A stretch of 64,000 bases of DNA from Bacillota bacterium. Its GTDB lineage: Bacteria > Bacillota > JAAYKD01. The DNA lies in contig OY762825.2 in assembly GCA_963666425.2 (NCBI GenBank), positions 576,001 through 640,000 of the forward strand. Reading direction: 5' to 3'. The notes under the pieces are model-generated. The model was not told the DNA's origin, made no database searches, and saw only the letters and a program-made list of their open reading frames with translations. Positions 9,707-19,378 of this stretch are shown one piece after another; the first letter of the stretch is position 1, and each line of letters opens with the position of its first letter. The position numbers and the translations under genes were made by a program.

Positions 9707-10813
9707 CTAAGATGCACTTGGTTTGGCGCGGGAGGCATTCAGCATCATCCCCACGGCAATCAGTGACATGACCAAAGAAGATCCACCCGCACTGATAAAC
9801 GGCAGCGTGATCCCTGTTGCAGGAATGGAGGAGGTAACCACCGCCATATTGACAATTGCCTGCAGACAAATCATGGAAGTAAAGCCGATCGCTAAAAAAG
9901 CGGCAAATAGATCGTCTGTTTTGCGGGAAATGCGATAACCGCGCCAAAGAAAGGCAACGAAGAGCATAATCAGGATGCTAGCGCCGAGCAAGCCCATTTC
10001 TTCCGCGACAATGGCAAAAATAAAATCGCTCATGGCTTCCGGCAGATAACCGTACTTCTGCCGGCTTTGGCCATAACCCAAGCCGACCAGCTTGCCGGAA
10101 GCGATGGCGTATAACGACTGAATCACTTGCCAGCCATGTCCGGATGGATCTTTCCAGGGATCGAGAAACGTCTTGATTCGGTCCAGACGGTATTCTTCAC
10201 CAACCGCCAGATAAACCAAGCCTGCTCCGCCGCTCAGACCGGCTAAAATCGTATAAATCCAAGGCAAGCCCGCGATGAACATCATGATTGCTGCCGTACC
10301 GATCACAATCAGCATGGTACTGTAATCCGGTTGCTTCAGAATAAAAACACATGGGATCAAAATCAATACGGCGCAGTAAGCCACGTCTTTCAATTTGCGC
10401 AAATTACCTTGTATCTCACTGAATTTTTTAGCCAGCAGGATGACAATCGCCATTTTTGCTGCTTCGGACGGCATAAACGTAGTAAAACCGAGGTTTAGCC
10501 AACGGGTTGCTCCGTTGCGGTTAATGGCCAGAGCGGGAATATACAACGCAGCCAGGAGCAGCAAACCAAAAATGTAGAAAGGCATTGCCCCTTTTTTAAA
10601 CCAATCCAAAGGAAGCAAAGCAGTAACGAACATGACAGCAAATCCCATGATGGCCCATTTGACCTGATTCAGCGCGAAATAACTGCTGTCTACACCCAAC
10701 TGCGGTGCTGTCACTGAGCTAGAGGAGTAAACCATGATCAAGCCAAAACCCACCAACATCGAAACGGTCAGAAACAACCAGATATCCGGTAAACGCCTTT
10801 TATATCCAGCCAC
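9707..10813 (-). CDS. ftsW: SEDS family protein FtsW/SpoVE
   Basis: GLIMVYSSS, NGATRW, PSE..K, QPD, DFIFAIVAEEMG, GITLPFISAGGSS. Confidence 0.95.
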   Translation of the reverse strand: MAGYKRRLPDIWLFLTVSMLVGFGLIMVYSSSSVTAPQLGVDSSYFALNQVKWAIMGFAVMFVTALLPLDWFKKGAMPFYIFGLLLLAALYIPALAINRNGATRWLNLGFTTFMPSEAAKMAIVILLAKKFSEIQGNLRKLKDVAYCAVLILIPCVFILKQPDYSTMLIVIGTAAIMMFIAGLPWIYTILAGLSGGAGLVYLAVGEEYRLDRIKTFLDPWKDPSGHGWQVIQSLYAIASGKLVGLGYGQSRQKYGYLPEAMSDFIFAIVAEEMGLLGASILIMLFVAFLWRGYRISRKTDDLFAAFLAIGFTSMICLQAIVNMAVVTSSIPATGITLPFISAGGSSLVMSLIAVGMMLNASRAKPSAS

Positions 10814-10822
10814 TGTTCGACC

Positions 10823-12178
10823 TCATTTCCTGGTGACAGCATCCATAAACGATTGACCTCTGACCTCAAAGCTGGGATACATATCCCAACTGGCGCAGGC
10901 CGGCGACAATAAGACACAATCGCCTGTCTCGCTTAATTTGCGGGACTGTTCCACCGCTTCTTCCATATCATTGACCATCGTTATGCTGTGAAAATCCACT
11001 GCTGACAGGGCCTGCCGGATCCGCTCTTTGGTTTGGCCCAACAGAATCACTGCCTTGCAGTGCTGTTTAATACTTTGGGCAAATTCCGTAAAATCCTGTC
11101 CTCTGTCCAAACCGCCGGCAATCAGAATAATCGGCTCGCTGGGTAAACTCAAAGCTACCAAGGCAGCCTGTGAATTGGTCGCTTTGGAATCGTTGATATA
11201 GAGGACTCCGTTCAGCCGCGCTACAATTTGGAAACGATGCGCTACGCCTTGAAAACTGCGTAAACCTTTACGGATAGCATCGTACGATGCTCCTGCTGCA
11301 TAAGCAGTCAGAGCAGCAGCCATGGCATTCTGATAATTATGCGCATAGCCGATCCCCAATTCTTTTAAAGGTAAAATTGCTTCGGTAACCCCTTTGATGC
11401 GGAACATCAGCAGATCATTTTCCAGCCAGGCTCCTTCTTCCTGCGGCTGCAGATGGCTGAAAGTTAGCTGATGCGCCTTGATTTTGGGTGACAGCGACAT
11501 GACTTCCGCATTTTCCGCATTGAGAACCGCCCAATCTTCCGCAGTCTGATTGAGAAAAAGATGTGATTTTGCTTCCAGATAATTCTCGGCCGTATGGTGC
11601 CAGTCGCGATGCGTATTGAAGATGTTGAGCAGGGTGGCGACTTTGGGACGAAAATCCAGCACATCATTCAGCTGAAAACTGGAGAGTTCCACCACCACAA
11701 TATGACTTTCATCCAGACCATCCACCTCTTCGCTGAGCGGAACGCCAATATTGCCTGCGACATGCACCTTGGCTCTGTCCTGGCGCAGAATTTCACCGAC
11801 CCAGGCGGTCGTGGTTGTTTTGCCGTTGGAACCCGTAATACAAACCAGCGGCGCTTTGGTAACCTGCCAAGCCAGCTCTACCTCACTGACCACCGGAATC
11901 CCTTTGGCTCTGGCAGCTTGTAAAAACGGAATATCATAAGGGATCCCCGGATTTTTGACGATCAAATCGAGTCCCTGATCGAGCAGTTCCATCGGATGCT
12001 GCTCCAAAATAATCTCTACCGGCAACCCGGCCAATGCTTCCACGTCTTTTTCCACCTTGCTCAGCTTGGCAGAATCGTTGGCGATCACTACGGCACCATG
12101 CTTGAGCAAAACATGGATGGAAGCCACCCCGCTGCGGGCCAGCCCCAAAACAAGTACCTTTTTCCCTTGTAATTCCAT
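10823..12178 (-). CDS. murD: UDP-N-acetylmuramoyl-L-alanine--D-glutamate ligase
   Basis: GLARSG, TGSNGKTTT, ELSSFQL, NDSKATN, LLSPACASWD. Confidence 0.98.
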   Translation of the reverse strand: MELQGKKVLVLGLARSGVASIHVLLKHGAVVIANDSAKLSKVEKDVEALAGLPVEIILEQHPMELLDQGLDLIVKNPGIPYDIPFLQAARAKGIPVVSEVELAWQVTKAPLVCITGSNGKTTTTAWVGEILRQDRAKVHVAGNIGVPLSEEVDGLDESHIVVVELSSFQLNDVLDFRPKVATLLNIFNTHRDWHHTAENYLEAKSHLFLNQTAEDWAVLNAENAEVMSLSPKIKAHQLTFSHLQPQEEGAWLENDLLMFRIKGVTEAILPLKELGIGYAHNYQNAMAAALTAYAAGASYDAIRKGLRSFQGVAHRFQIVARLNGVLYINDSKATNSQAALVALSLPSEPIILIAGGLDRGQDFTEFAQSIKQHCKAVILLGQTKERIRQALSAVDFHSITMVNDMEEAVEQSRKLSETGDCVLLSPACASWDMYPSFEVRGQSFMDAVTRK

Positions 12179-12190
12179 ATGAATTCCCCC

Positions 12191-13150
12191 CTATGCGATG
12201 AATAACCAAGCGCCTGTCAAGGCAAAAAACAAGCCGAAAGCCCAGAAAACAAAAACGATTTTCCACTCACTCCAACCGCACAATTCAAAATGATGATGAA
12301 TCGGACTCATTTTAAACAAACGTTTGCCTTTGGTTGCTTTAAAATAAAGCACCTGGATGATGGTAGAAAAAATATCGACAATAAACACCATACCGACCCA
12401 AAGCATCAAAGTTTCTATTTTCAGCAGCAGCGCCATGGCTGCCAGCGCCGCGCCTAAGCCCAGCGAGCCGGTGTCGCCCATAAAAATCCGCGCCGGGTGC
12501 AGGTTAAACAATAAGAAACCGGCTAAAGCGCCAATCAGAGCTGCGCAAAAAGCAGCCAGATCGGTTTGCTGCTGCAGCAGCGCAACAAAAAAACAAAACA
12601 GGGTGGCGATCATGGTCTGACCGCTGCATAATCCGTCCACACCATCGATGATGTTGACGGCATTGCTGAAAAACACCAAATAGAGCAGCGCCAGCAGCCA
12701 ATAGAAAGCGCCCAGCGGCAGCTGCCAATGCAGGATGGGAAGCGCAAGTTCTGTCGTTAATCCCTTACCGGCCAGCAGCCAACAGAAAAGCGCTGCCAGA
12801 CTGAATTGACCAATCAATTTCGCCCTGGCCGATAATCCCTCCGGATTTTTCAAAGCGGACTTAATATAATCATCCGCAAAACCTAAGATACCATGGCCAA
12901 ACACAAGAAGCAGCAAGACACCAATGGCTCTGGTCCATTGACCGGCATACAGCAGACCGGCCATCAGGCCAAGATAAATAATGAATCCGCCCATCGTGGG
13001 AGTACCGGTTTTTATATAGTGACTCTGCAGCCCTTCCTGACGGATACTCTGACCGAATTTTAAACGATGCAGCAAGGGTATCAGCAGAGGGCCGGTAACA
13101 GCCGCTGCTGCTAAGGCAATCAGCATCACGACCAGATAACGGTTAACCAT
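12191..13150 (-). CDS. mraY: Phospho-N-acetylmuramoyl-pentapeptide transferase
   Basis: GTPTMGG, DDYIK, NAVNIIDGVDG, FMGDTGS, PIHHHFEL. Confidence 0.98.
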   Translation of the reverse strand: MVNRYLVVMLIALAAAAVTGPLLIPLLHRLKFGQSIRQEGLQSHYIKTGTPTMGGFIIYLGLMAGLLYAGQWTRAIGVLLLLVFGHGILGFADDYIKSALKNPEGLSARAKLIGQFSLAALFCWLLAGKGLTTELALPILHWQLPLGAFYWLLALLYLVFFSNAVNIIDGVDGLCSGQTMIATLFCFFVALLQQQTDLAAFCAALIGALAGFLLFNLHPARIFMGDTGSLGLGAALAAMALLLKIETLMLWVGMVFIVDIFSTIIQVLYFKATKGKRLFKMSPIHHHFELCGWSEWKIVFVFWAFGLFFALTGAWLFIA

Positions 13151-14543
13151 TGACTTCACCCCAGTTTTGCAGCATTTGCTCTGCCACTTCTTCCAAAGCC
13201 AGACTGCGCGAACCTTTGATCAAAAGAATTGCGTGCTGCGGCACCTGCTGCAGCACAGCGGCTGCCATGGCTTGATTATCGGCGCAGAAAATGACGCGTT
13301 CCTGCGGCATGCCCTCTGCCAGAGCGGCTTCAGCCAAAGCCGTTGCCAGGCTGCCCCGGACAAATAGGTAATCGTAATGCTCTGCAGCCAAACGTCGGCC
13401 GATGATTTGATGTTCCTCTACTTCCTGTTCACCCAATTCCCGCATATCTGCCAGCACAGCCACCGTGGAGCGATCGGCTCGTACTTCTGCCATCAAATCC
13501 AGCGAGACCTGCATGGATTTCGGGCTGGCGTTATAGGAATCATTGATCAGCAGCCGGTCGCCGCCCAAATGCCGGATACTGCCGCGCTGATCAGCAGGTT
13601 GGACGTGGCTGAGCCCCAAAGCAATTTCTGCCGGAGTCAGCCCGTTGAGATAACCGATGGCTGCGGCAAGGCCGGCGTTTTCCACCATATGACGCCCCGG
13701 CAAAGGAATGGTTGCTGTCACTTTTTGCTGATTGGGAAAACGCAGCGTAAATTTAGAGCCGTATAAGCCAAGACTGATCACTTCTGAAACCGCCAGATCG
13801 GCTTCTTCGGAAAAACCATAGGTATAGCATTTTCCGCTCAGCTTTTCCAATAAGAATTCTTTCCAAGGTTCGTCCCAGCGCAGCAAAGCAATGCCGCTGC
13901 CGGTCTTCAATCCATCAAAAATTTCTCGTTTGGCAGTTGCAATGGCTTGCAGGCTCCCCAGCCGTTCCAGATGAACGCCCAAAACATTGGTAATGGCGGC
14001 AAAATCCGGCGGAGCAATGGCAGTCAGATGGGCAATTTCGCCCAACCCCTGCATGCCCATTTCCAGAACCGCGATCTGATGCTGCGCGTTCAGCTGATAA
14101 AGCGTGATCGGCAGGCCTGTTTCGGTATTCAGGTTGCCTTGGGTTTTTAAAACGACATATTTTTCCGCCAAAACGGCAGCGATCATATCCTTACTGCTGG
14201 TCTTGCCAACACTGCCGGTAATGGCTACTACCTTGACGGGATGCTGCTCCAGACAATATCTACCCAGGCGAGCCATGGCTTCGATGCAGTCGTCTACGAT
14301 AATGGCCGATACATCATCCGGTAATTCCGTTTCCTCTGTCAGGGCGGCAGCGGCTCCGGCCGCCAAGGCCTGTGCGATGTAGCAGTTGCCGTCTACCCTT
14401 TCTCCTCGCAGAGCAATAAACAAAGCGCCGTCTTCTGACCGACGGCTGTCGGTTATAATTGAAGTGACGATTTTATCTTGATGCATTCCCCGGATCGTTC
14501 CCTGAACGACTTGAGCAATTTCACCTACTGTCATCCCAGGCAT
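13143..14543 (-). CDS. murF: UDP-N-acetylmuramoyl-tripeptide--D-Ala-D-Ala ligase
   Basis: TDSRR, ITGSVGKTSSKD, LEMGM, NDSYNASP, DMRELG, KGSR. Confidence 0.97.
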   Translation of the reverse strand: MPGMTVGEIAQVVQGTIRGMHQDKIVTSIITDSRRSEDGALFIALRGERVDGNCYIAQALAAGAAAALTEETELPDDVSAIIVDDCIEAMARLGRYCLEQHPVKVVAITGSVGKTSSKDMIAAVLAEKYVVLKTQGNLNTETGLPITLYQLNAQHQIAVLEMGMQGLGEIAHLTAIAPPDFAAITNVLGVHLERLGSLQAIATAKREIFDGLKTGSGIALLRWDEPWKEFLLEKLSGKCYTYGFSEEADLAVSEVISLGLYGSKFTLRFPNQQKVTATIPLPGRHMVENAGLAAAIGYLNGLTPAEIALGLSHVQPADQRGSIRHLGGDRLLINDSYNASPKSMQVSLDLMAEVRADRSTVAVLADMRELGEQEVEEHQIIGRRLAAEHYDYLFVRGSLATALAEAALAEGMPQERVIFCADNQAMAAAVLQQVPQHAILLIKGSRSLALEEVAEQMLQNWGEVNG

Positions 14544-14589
14544 TGCTTCCACTCCTTCTGCAACAGATTTGAATTGCGTATCAAGATAG

Positions 14590-14614
14590 ATTCGTTCTTT
14601 TGTGACAAATTCCT
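14590..14614 (-). promoter_or_regulatory. Sigma-H-like promoter upstream of murF
   Basis: AAAGGAattt-N17-GAAT, a close match to the AGGA/GAAT consensus. Confidence 0.65.
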
Positions 14615-14819
14615 TTTAGCAAGATGTATCCTCCGCAAAAGCGGTCGCTCAAGACATAATCCCGTCAATGTTGACAGGCCTCTGCAAGAACCGCTGCCTT
14701 TTTTGCTGTAATGGCTTGCTTTCTGAACGCAGACAATCAGTTGTTCGTTTGCAGTAATTCGAAAGAACGGCCGAGCGCTATGATAGTTGCCGTAGGATGG
14801 CATTTTCTCCTGAGACTGC

Positions 14820-14848
14820 AAAACCGCCACTCGAATATCGAGGGCGGT
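14820..14848 (-). terminator. Probable terminator after ftsL
   Basis: accgccctcga-tat-tcgagtggcggtttt on the minus strand. Confidence 0.55.
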
Positions 14849-14893
14849 ATGATCCTGCTTTCTTAGTACACAGACCTGTCCGGTTTGGTTTGA

Positions 14894-15316
14894 TCAGTCC
14901 GACAAATTAACTGACAGGCTTGGCAGCTTAAGATACTGATCCATACTGGGTTTGTGAAACCCCAGCCCGATTGCTCTTTGTTCGATATTTTCCAAAGAGG
15001 AAGCCTGGTAAATTTTGATGCGCAGCATCTCGTTATTATTCCGCAGCGTGGTGATTTCGCTCTGTTCTGCTTCGATTGCCTGTGAAACACTGTATAAATA
15101 AGCCGACCGTGTGGAGGAGATGAAGCCTGCCAGCACAAAAGCACAAATAAACAAGATAATCGATTTGGCTAAAGGCAGATTGACCGTTTCCTGCAGCGGT
15201 TTGGGCTTTTGCTGGGGAAAAGCAATTACATTTTCTTTTCTAAACGGTTGCTGATCAATCAGTTCTTCCTGCTGAATCTCCGGTATTTCGATGATGGCCC
15301 TTTTTGCTGATGCCAT
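14894..15316 (-). CDS. ftsL: FtsL-like septum formation initiator
   Basis: One TM followed by coiled coil and SLENIEQRAIGLGF; directly downstream of rsmH. Confidence 0.75.
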   Translation of the reverse strand: MASAKRAIIEIPEIQQEELIDQQPFRKENVIAFPQQKPKPLQETVNLPLAKSIILFICAFVLAGFISSTRSAYLYSVSQAIEAEQSEITTLRNNNEMLRIKIYQASSLENIEQRAIGLGFHKPSMDQYLKLPSLSVNLSD

Positions 15317-15317
15317 T

Positions 15318-16295
15318 TTATCTTTCCTCCTTGCAATCAATAATGGGTGTCGCTAATCTTCTGGCGAGGCGCAGCTTGGCGCTGTGCGATCTTGGGTTCT
15401 CCTGCAGCTCTTCTGCCTTAGGTAAAATCGGCTTGTTGTTGACCAATTCCAACATCGGTTTGCGTCCGCAGACACAGACCGGCAGTTTGGCTGGGCAGAT
15501 ACAGGGATTGACCAATTCCCGAAATAAATCTTTGACAATTCTGTCTTCCAGAGAGTGAAACGTAATCACTGCGATCACACCCTGCGGCTGCAGCGCGTCG
15601 ATCGCTTTTTTCAAACCGATTTTCAGTGCATTCAATTCATCATTAACGGCAATGCGTAAAGCCTGGAAGATTCTGCGCGTCTCGTTACCATCCTCGCGGC
15701 GGACCGCTGACGGTACCGCTGCTTTGATGATCTCCACCAATTGGTCCGAGCTTTCGATCGGCGTTTTTTGCCGTTCCTCTACGATGAATTGCGCAATTCT
15801 GGCACTCCAGCGTTCTTCGCCATAATCGTAAAAGATTTTTCTCAATTCCGCTTCTGAAGTATTCGCCAACAGCATAGCTGCCGTGAGGCTAGAGGATGGG
15901 TCCATGCGCATATCGAGCGGCGCATTTTCCCGAAAAGTAAAACCACGTTCTTTGACATCGAGCTGCGGTGAAGAAACGCCTAAATCGAATAAAACACCAT
16001 CCAGCAAAGTAATTTGATTCTCCTGCAAAACACGGTCCAGGTTCTTAAAGTTGGCTTGCAGCGGGCGAAACAGGTTGCCATATTGCCGCAAACGTTCTCC
16101 TGCGGCTTCCAGTGCGGTAGGGTCCTGATCCAAACCAATGACGAGACCGTTTCCCTGCAGCTGCTCTAATATGGCTTCGCTGTGACCGCCGCCACCCAAG
16201 GTGCAATCGAGATAAATTCCACCGGGATGGGGCGATAATCCTGACAATACTTCCTGAAGTAAAACACTGTTGTGCCGGAATTGCTGCAAAATCAT
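15318..16295 (-). CDS. rsmH: 16S rRNA m4C1402 methyltransferase
   Basis: HNSVLL, DCTLGGGGHS, DLGVSSPQLD, PLDMRM, FQALRIAVN, TFHSLEDR, NPRSHSAKLR. Confidence 0.98.
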   Translation of the reverse strand: MILQQFRHNSVLLQEVLSGLSPHPGGIYLDCTLGGGGHSEAILEQLQGNGLVIGLDQDPTALEAAGERLRQYGNLFRPLQANFKNLDRVLQENQITLLDGVLFDLGVSSPQLDVKERGFTFRENAPLDMRMDPSSSLTAAMLLANTSEAELRKIFYDYGEERWSARIAQFIVEERQKTPIESSDQLVEIIKAAVPSAVRREDGNETRRIFQALRIAVNDELNALKIGLKKAIDALQPQGVIAVITFHSLEDRIVKDLFRELVNPCICPAKLPVCVCGRKPMLELVNNKPILPKAEELQENPRSHSAKLRLARRLATPIIDCKEER

Positions 16296-16314
16296 CTCTC
16301 CTCCCTGTTGTTGA

Positions 16315-16749
16315 TTAGATCGAAATCAGTCTCTCCAAATGTTCTGCGGTTTGTTCGTAAACCGAAACCGCCTGACTTTGGTAATGCTCCCACTCCGGCA
16401 GACTCCAAATCTCCACGCGGGATGAGACACCCAAAAGAACGGCTTCTTTTTCTAAATTTGCATGTTTTTTTAAGGTGGGCGGCAAGAGAATTCTGCCTTG
16501 TCGATCCGGTTCGCATTCAACGGCGCCGGAAAAGAAAACACGGCTGAAGGCGCGCGCATCCGAACTTGTTATCGGCAAGCTGCGCAGTTTATCCTCGATT
16601 TTTACCCATTCCGCCATCGGATAGAGGAAAATCGCTTTGTCCAGTCCTAAGGTGGCGATGAAATGATTGCCCAATCCCTCGCGGAAGCGGGAGGGTATAA
16701 TCAGGCGCGATTTCTCATCCAATGCATGCTGATAGGTCCCTAAAAACAC
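16315..16749 (-). CDS. mraZ: Transcriptional regulator MraZ
   Basis: MFLGTYQHALDEKSRLIIP and DRQGRILLP (two DxxxR motifs). Confidence 0.97.
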   Translation of the reverse strand: MFLGTYQHALDEKSRLIIPSRFREGLGNHFIATLGLDKAIFLYPMAEWVKIEDKLRSLPITSSDARAFSRVFFSGAVECEPDRQGRILLPPTLKKHANLEKEAVLLGVSSRVEIWSLPEWEHYQSQAVSVYEQTAEHLERLISI

Positions 16750-16764
16750 AGCGCCGCCTCCTTA

Positions 16765-16829
16765 TTCCACACATTTCCCCACTTTGCCCCACTCTTACCC
16801 CTATATTCCATAACGAATCAAAAATCCCT
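16765..16829 (-). promoter_or_regulatory. MraZ-binding GTGG direct repeats overlapping a sigma-H-like promoter
   Basis: GTGG/GGGG boxes at ~10-nt period (16767, 16779, 16789, 16798) and AGGG-N17-GAAT at 16805-16829. Confidence 0.7.
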
Positions 16830-16851
16830 TCATCATGAAAAAAATATTTAT

Positions 16852-16902
16852 AAAAAAACAGCTCCGCAGTAGGTATACTAACCTGCCACGGAACTGTTTT
16901 TT
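16852..16902. terminator. Intrinsic terminator
   Basis: aaaaaacagctccg...cggaactgtttttt imperfect hairpin downstream of the 16934 gene. Confidence 0.65.
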
Positions 16903-16933
16903 CGTTATTTTCTCTTTTATTGAACAAGGATCG

Positions 16934-17941
16934 TCAATTTATGCAGCTTTTGCCCAGAAATGCCAAAGCCCGCCATAATTCGTCTCCCTCCGGAGGCGCC
17001 ACGATCGTACTACCCTCCGCTTGGATCAGGATTTTTTCCGGTTCGGCCGTAAATTTGCCGATCACAGCGGCAGAAATTCCCGCAGCCACCAGCTGTTCCA
17101 CCAACGCCGCTCCCCGCTCTGTCGCGATCAGCATGCTGCCGCTGGCGATCAAACGCAAGGGATCCAATTGCAGCTGCCGGCAGAACTGTAAGGTCGCCGG
17201 ATGCAGCGGCACTGCTTTTTCTTGCAGCCAAAAGCCTTTGCCGGCGCCTGACGCCATTTCATAAACAGCGCCTAGCAAACCACCTTCGGTGATGTCGTGC
17301 ATGGCATGCACACCAAAAGCGGCGGCGACACGCCCTTCGGGAACCACACTGATCTGCTTGCCCAGTTGGGCAGCGGTTTCAAGCAAATCGGCCGGAAACC
17401 ATTGCAGCAGAACAGACGCTGCGTCTTTGGCTAAAATAGAGGTTCCCTCTAGGCCGATGGTTTTTGTTACCACAATATCATCGCCGGCCAAAGCGCCACC
17501 GGTTCTGATGATTCGGCTGCGCTCGACCTTGCCGACCACGGTCGAAGAAAGCACCATTTGGTTAACCGCCGCCGTCAATTCGGTGTGTCCACCGCTAATT
17601 TCAATTTTGAGTTCCTCTGCCGCCCGAGCGGCATCCTGCATCACCCGATCGATTTCTGCCATCGCACAATCGGCAGGCGCCAGAATCGTTAATAAACAGC
17701 AAACCGGTTCTGCGCCGTTCGAGGCAACATCATTGGCGGAAATATGTACCGCTAACCAACCCGCATCCTCCACCGCTCCGGTGATCGGATCGGTGGACAT
17801 CACACAGACCTGTCCGCCAAAATCAAAAATTGTGGAATCCTCTCCCAGACCGGAGCGCAAAGACACCTCCGCACGCCGTTCGGTTAAATGGCGAAACACG
17901 TTCTGTTCCAATTCCGCTGGTGTTAATTTGCCTACACGCAT
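16934..17941 (-). CDS. AIR synthase-related (PurM/HypE/ThiL superfamily) protein
   Basis: GED, STDPIT, ANDVA, GGHTE, MHDITEGG. Confidence 0.85.
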   Translation of the reverse strand: MRVGKLTPAELEQNVFRHLTERRAEVSLRSGLGEDSTIFDFGGQVCVMSTDPITGAVEDAGWLAVHISANDVASNGAEPVCCLLTILAPADCAMAEIDRVMQDAARAAEELKIEISGGHTELTAAVNQMVLSSTVVGKVERSRIIRTGGALAGDDIVVTKTIGLEGTSILAKDAASVLLQWFPADLLETAAQLGKQISVVPEGRVAAAFGVHAMHDITEGGLLGAVYEMASGAGKGFWLQEKAVPLHPATLQFCRQLQLDPLRLIASGSMLIATERGAALVEQLVAAGISAAVIGKFTAEPEKILIQAEGSTIVAPPEGDELWRALAFLGKSCIN

Positions 17942-18048
17942 GACCGTTCCCCCTCATCCGCCGGCAGTCTCTCCTGCCGGTCTGACCGAATTTTCTCTTC
18001 TGTCAGTTTCTTTAACCCGACAGAACTAAAAGCTGACATGCGCAGTTG

Positions 18049-19233
18049 CTAGAGTGCTGCAACAAAGGCGCGCGCCCACTCTTTCAGTTTGCTTTCATCT
18101 TCCTCTGTGGGTGTAAAATTCACTTTATAGGGTGCCAGCGGTAATTTATAGCGCAGCCCTTTCAGGCGCTCCGTCAGTTGCCCGCAGGCTTCCCCACTCC
18201 AGCCATAGGAGCCAAAGCAGGCGGCAGCTATTTTGCCGCGGTTGGCCAGCAGCGGTGTTGCGCTGATCACATTCCAGATCGGCGCCAAAGCGTCGCCATT
18301 GATGGTGGGAGAACCAAAGAGGATGCCCTGTACCGTTTCCAGTTCCGCCTGACATTGCAGCGGGTCCAGCGCGGTTGCCAGCAGCAGTTTACATTTTACA
18401 CCCATTTCCGAGATGGCAGCGGCAGCAATTTCCGCCATTTTCTTGGTGTTGCCATACGCAGAAACGTAGATCACGGCCACCGTTTTCTCTTGGGGCAGCG
18501 CTGCGTGGCTCCAGTCTTCGTAGGCTTGAATATAGCGTCCGAGATCTTTTGTCAGTATGGGTCCGTGGCTGGGGCAGATCATCTTCAATTCCAATTGACG
18601 TACTTTTTCACAGCCTGTGATGATTTTATCGGCGAATGGACGCATGATGTGCGTATAATAGCTGACAAAATCCGGCCAGAAATCACCGCTGCGCTCGTCG
18701 GTCATGGTTTCTTCCGCATAATGGCAGCCGAAACCGTCACAAGAAAAGAGCAGCTGTTCTTCTTCCAGATAGGTAAACAGAGTATCCGGCCAATGCCAAA
18801 ACGGGCTGAGGATAAAGCGCAGCGTCCGATCCCCCAGGGACAGCGTTTCTCCGTCTGCCGCGATATGCAGCGGAAGTTCCTGATTCAATTGCGCTTTCAG
18901 AAAGAGTCCGGCCGATCGGGTGGCAATGATTTGGATTTGCGGCGCCGCTGCCAACAGCTTTTGAATAGATCCGGCATGGTCCGGTTCGGCATGTTGGACA
19001 ATCAGATAATCGATCTTGGTCAGATCGACGACACTCTGGATCTTTTCCAGCTGAATCTCGCTGAAATCCTGATGTACTCCATCGATCAGGGCGATTTTTT
19101 CACTGCCCTGGATTAAAAAACTATTGTAGCTGGTGCCGTTGACAGCCGGCACAAAAACATCAAAAACGCGTAGGGTGGGATGCAAGACTCCCACTGAGGC
19201 GACGCGGGGTGTAATCTGCAATGCATTCATCAT
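18049..19233 (-). CDS. fprA: Flavodiiron protein (FprA family O2/NO reductase)
   Basis: GTSYNSF, HAEPDHAG, HWPD, CDGFG, PSHG plus C-terminal flavodoxin (YVSAYGNT, FGSYGWSG). Confidence 0.92.
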   Translation of the reverse strand: MMNALQITPRVASVGVLHPTLRVFDVFVPAVNGTSYNSFLIQGSEKIALIDGVHQDFSEIQLEKIQSVVDLTKIDYLIVQHAEPDHAGSIQKLLAAAPQIQIIATRSAGLFLKAQLNQELPLHIAADGETLSLGDRTLRFILSPFWHWPDTLFTYLEEEQLLFSCDGFGCHYAEETMTDERSGDFWPDFVSYYTHIMRPFADKIITGCEKVRQLELKMICPSHGPILTKDLGRYIQAYEDWSHAALPQEKTVAVIYVSAYGNTKKMAEIAAAAISEMGVKCKLLLATALDPLQCQAELETVQGILFGSPTINGDALAPIWNVISATPLLANRGKIAAACFGSYGWSGEACGQLTERLKGLRYKLPLAPYKVNFTPTEEDESKLKEWARAFVAAL

Positions 19234-19378
19234 TAAGTCCCCTTTCTTTCTTTCACGATTCAGAAAGCCAGCCGCGAAATATCAGCTGATCTCTCCTGCA
19301 GCATTCTTACTTGAGCTAAGAGTAAATTTTCTCTTTTTCTGCGCGCGATTCCTTCCCTTCGGTTGAAAAAGCAAAAAA

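Noticed and set aside
14531-14830. 99-aa ORF in the ftsL-murF gap as a pbp or murE remnant
   Set aside because: No PBP or Mur-ligase motifs; it overlaps the terminator and promoter signals.
16934-17941. SelD, which would support the selenocysteine idea
   Set aside because: Same superfamily fold but lacks the N-terminal Cys/Sec-x-x-Lys motif and the TxDFF motif of SelD.
18178-19116. 312-aa plus-strand ORF
   Set aside because: Antisense shadow of fprA.
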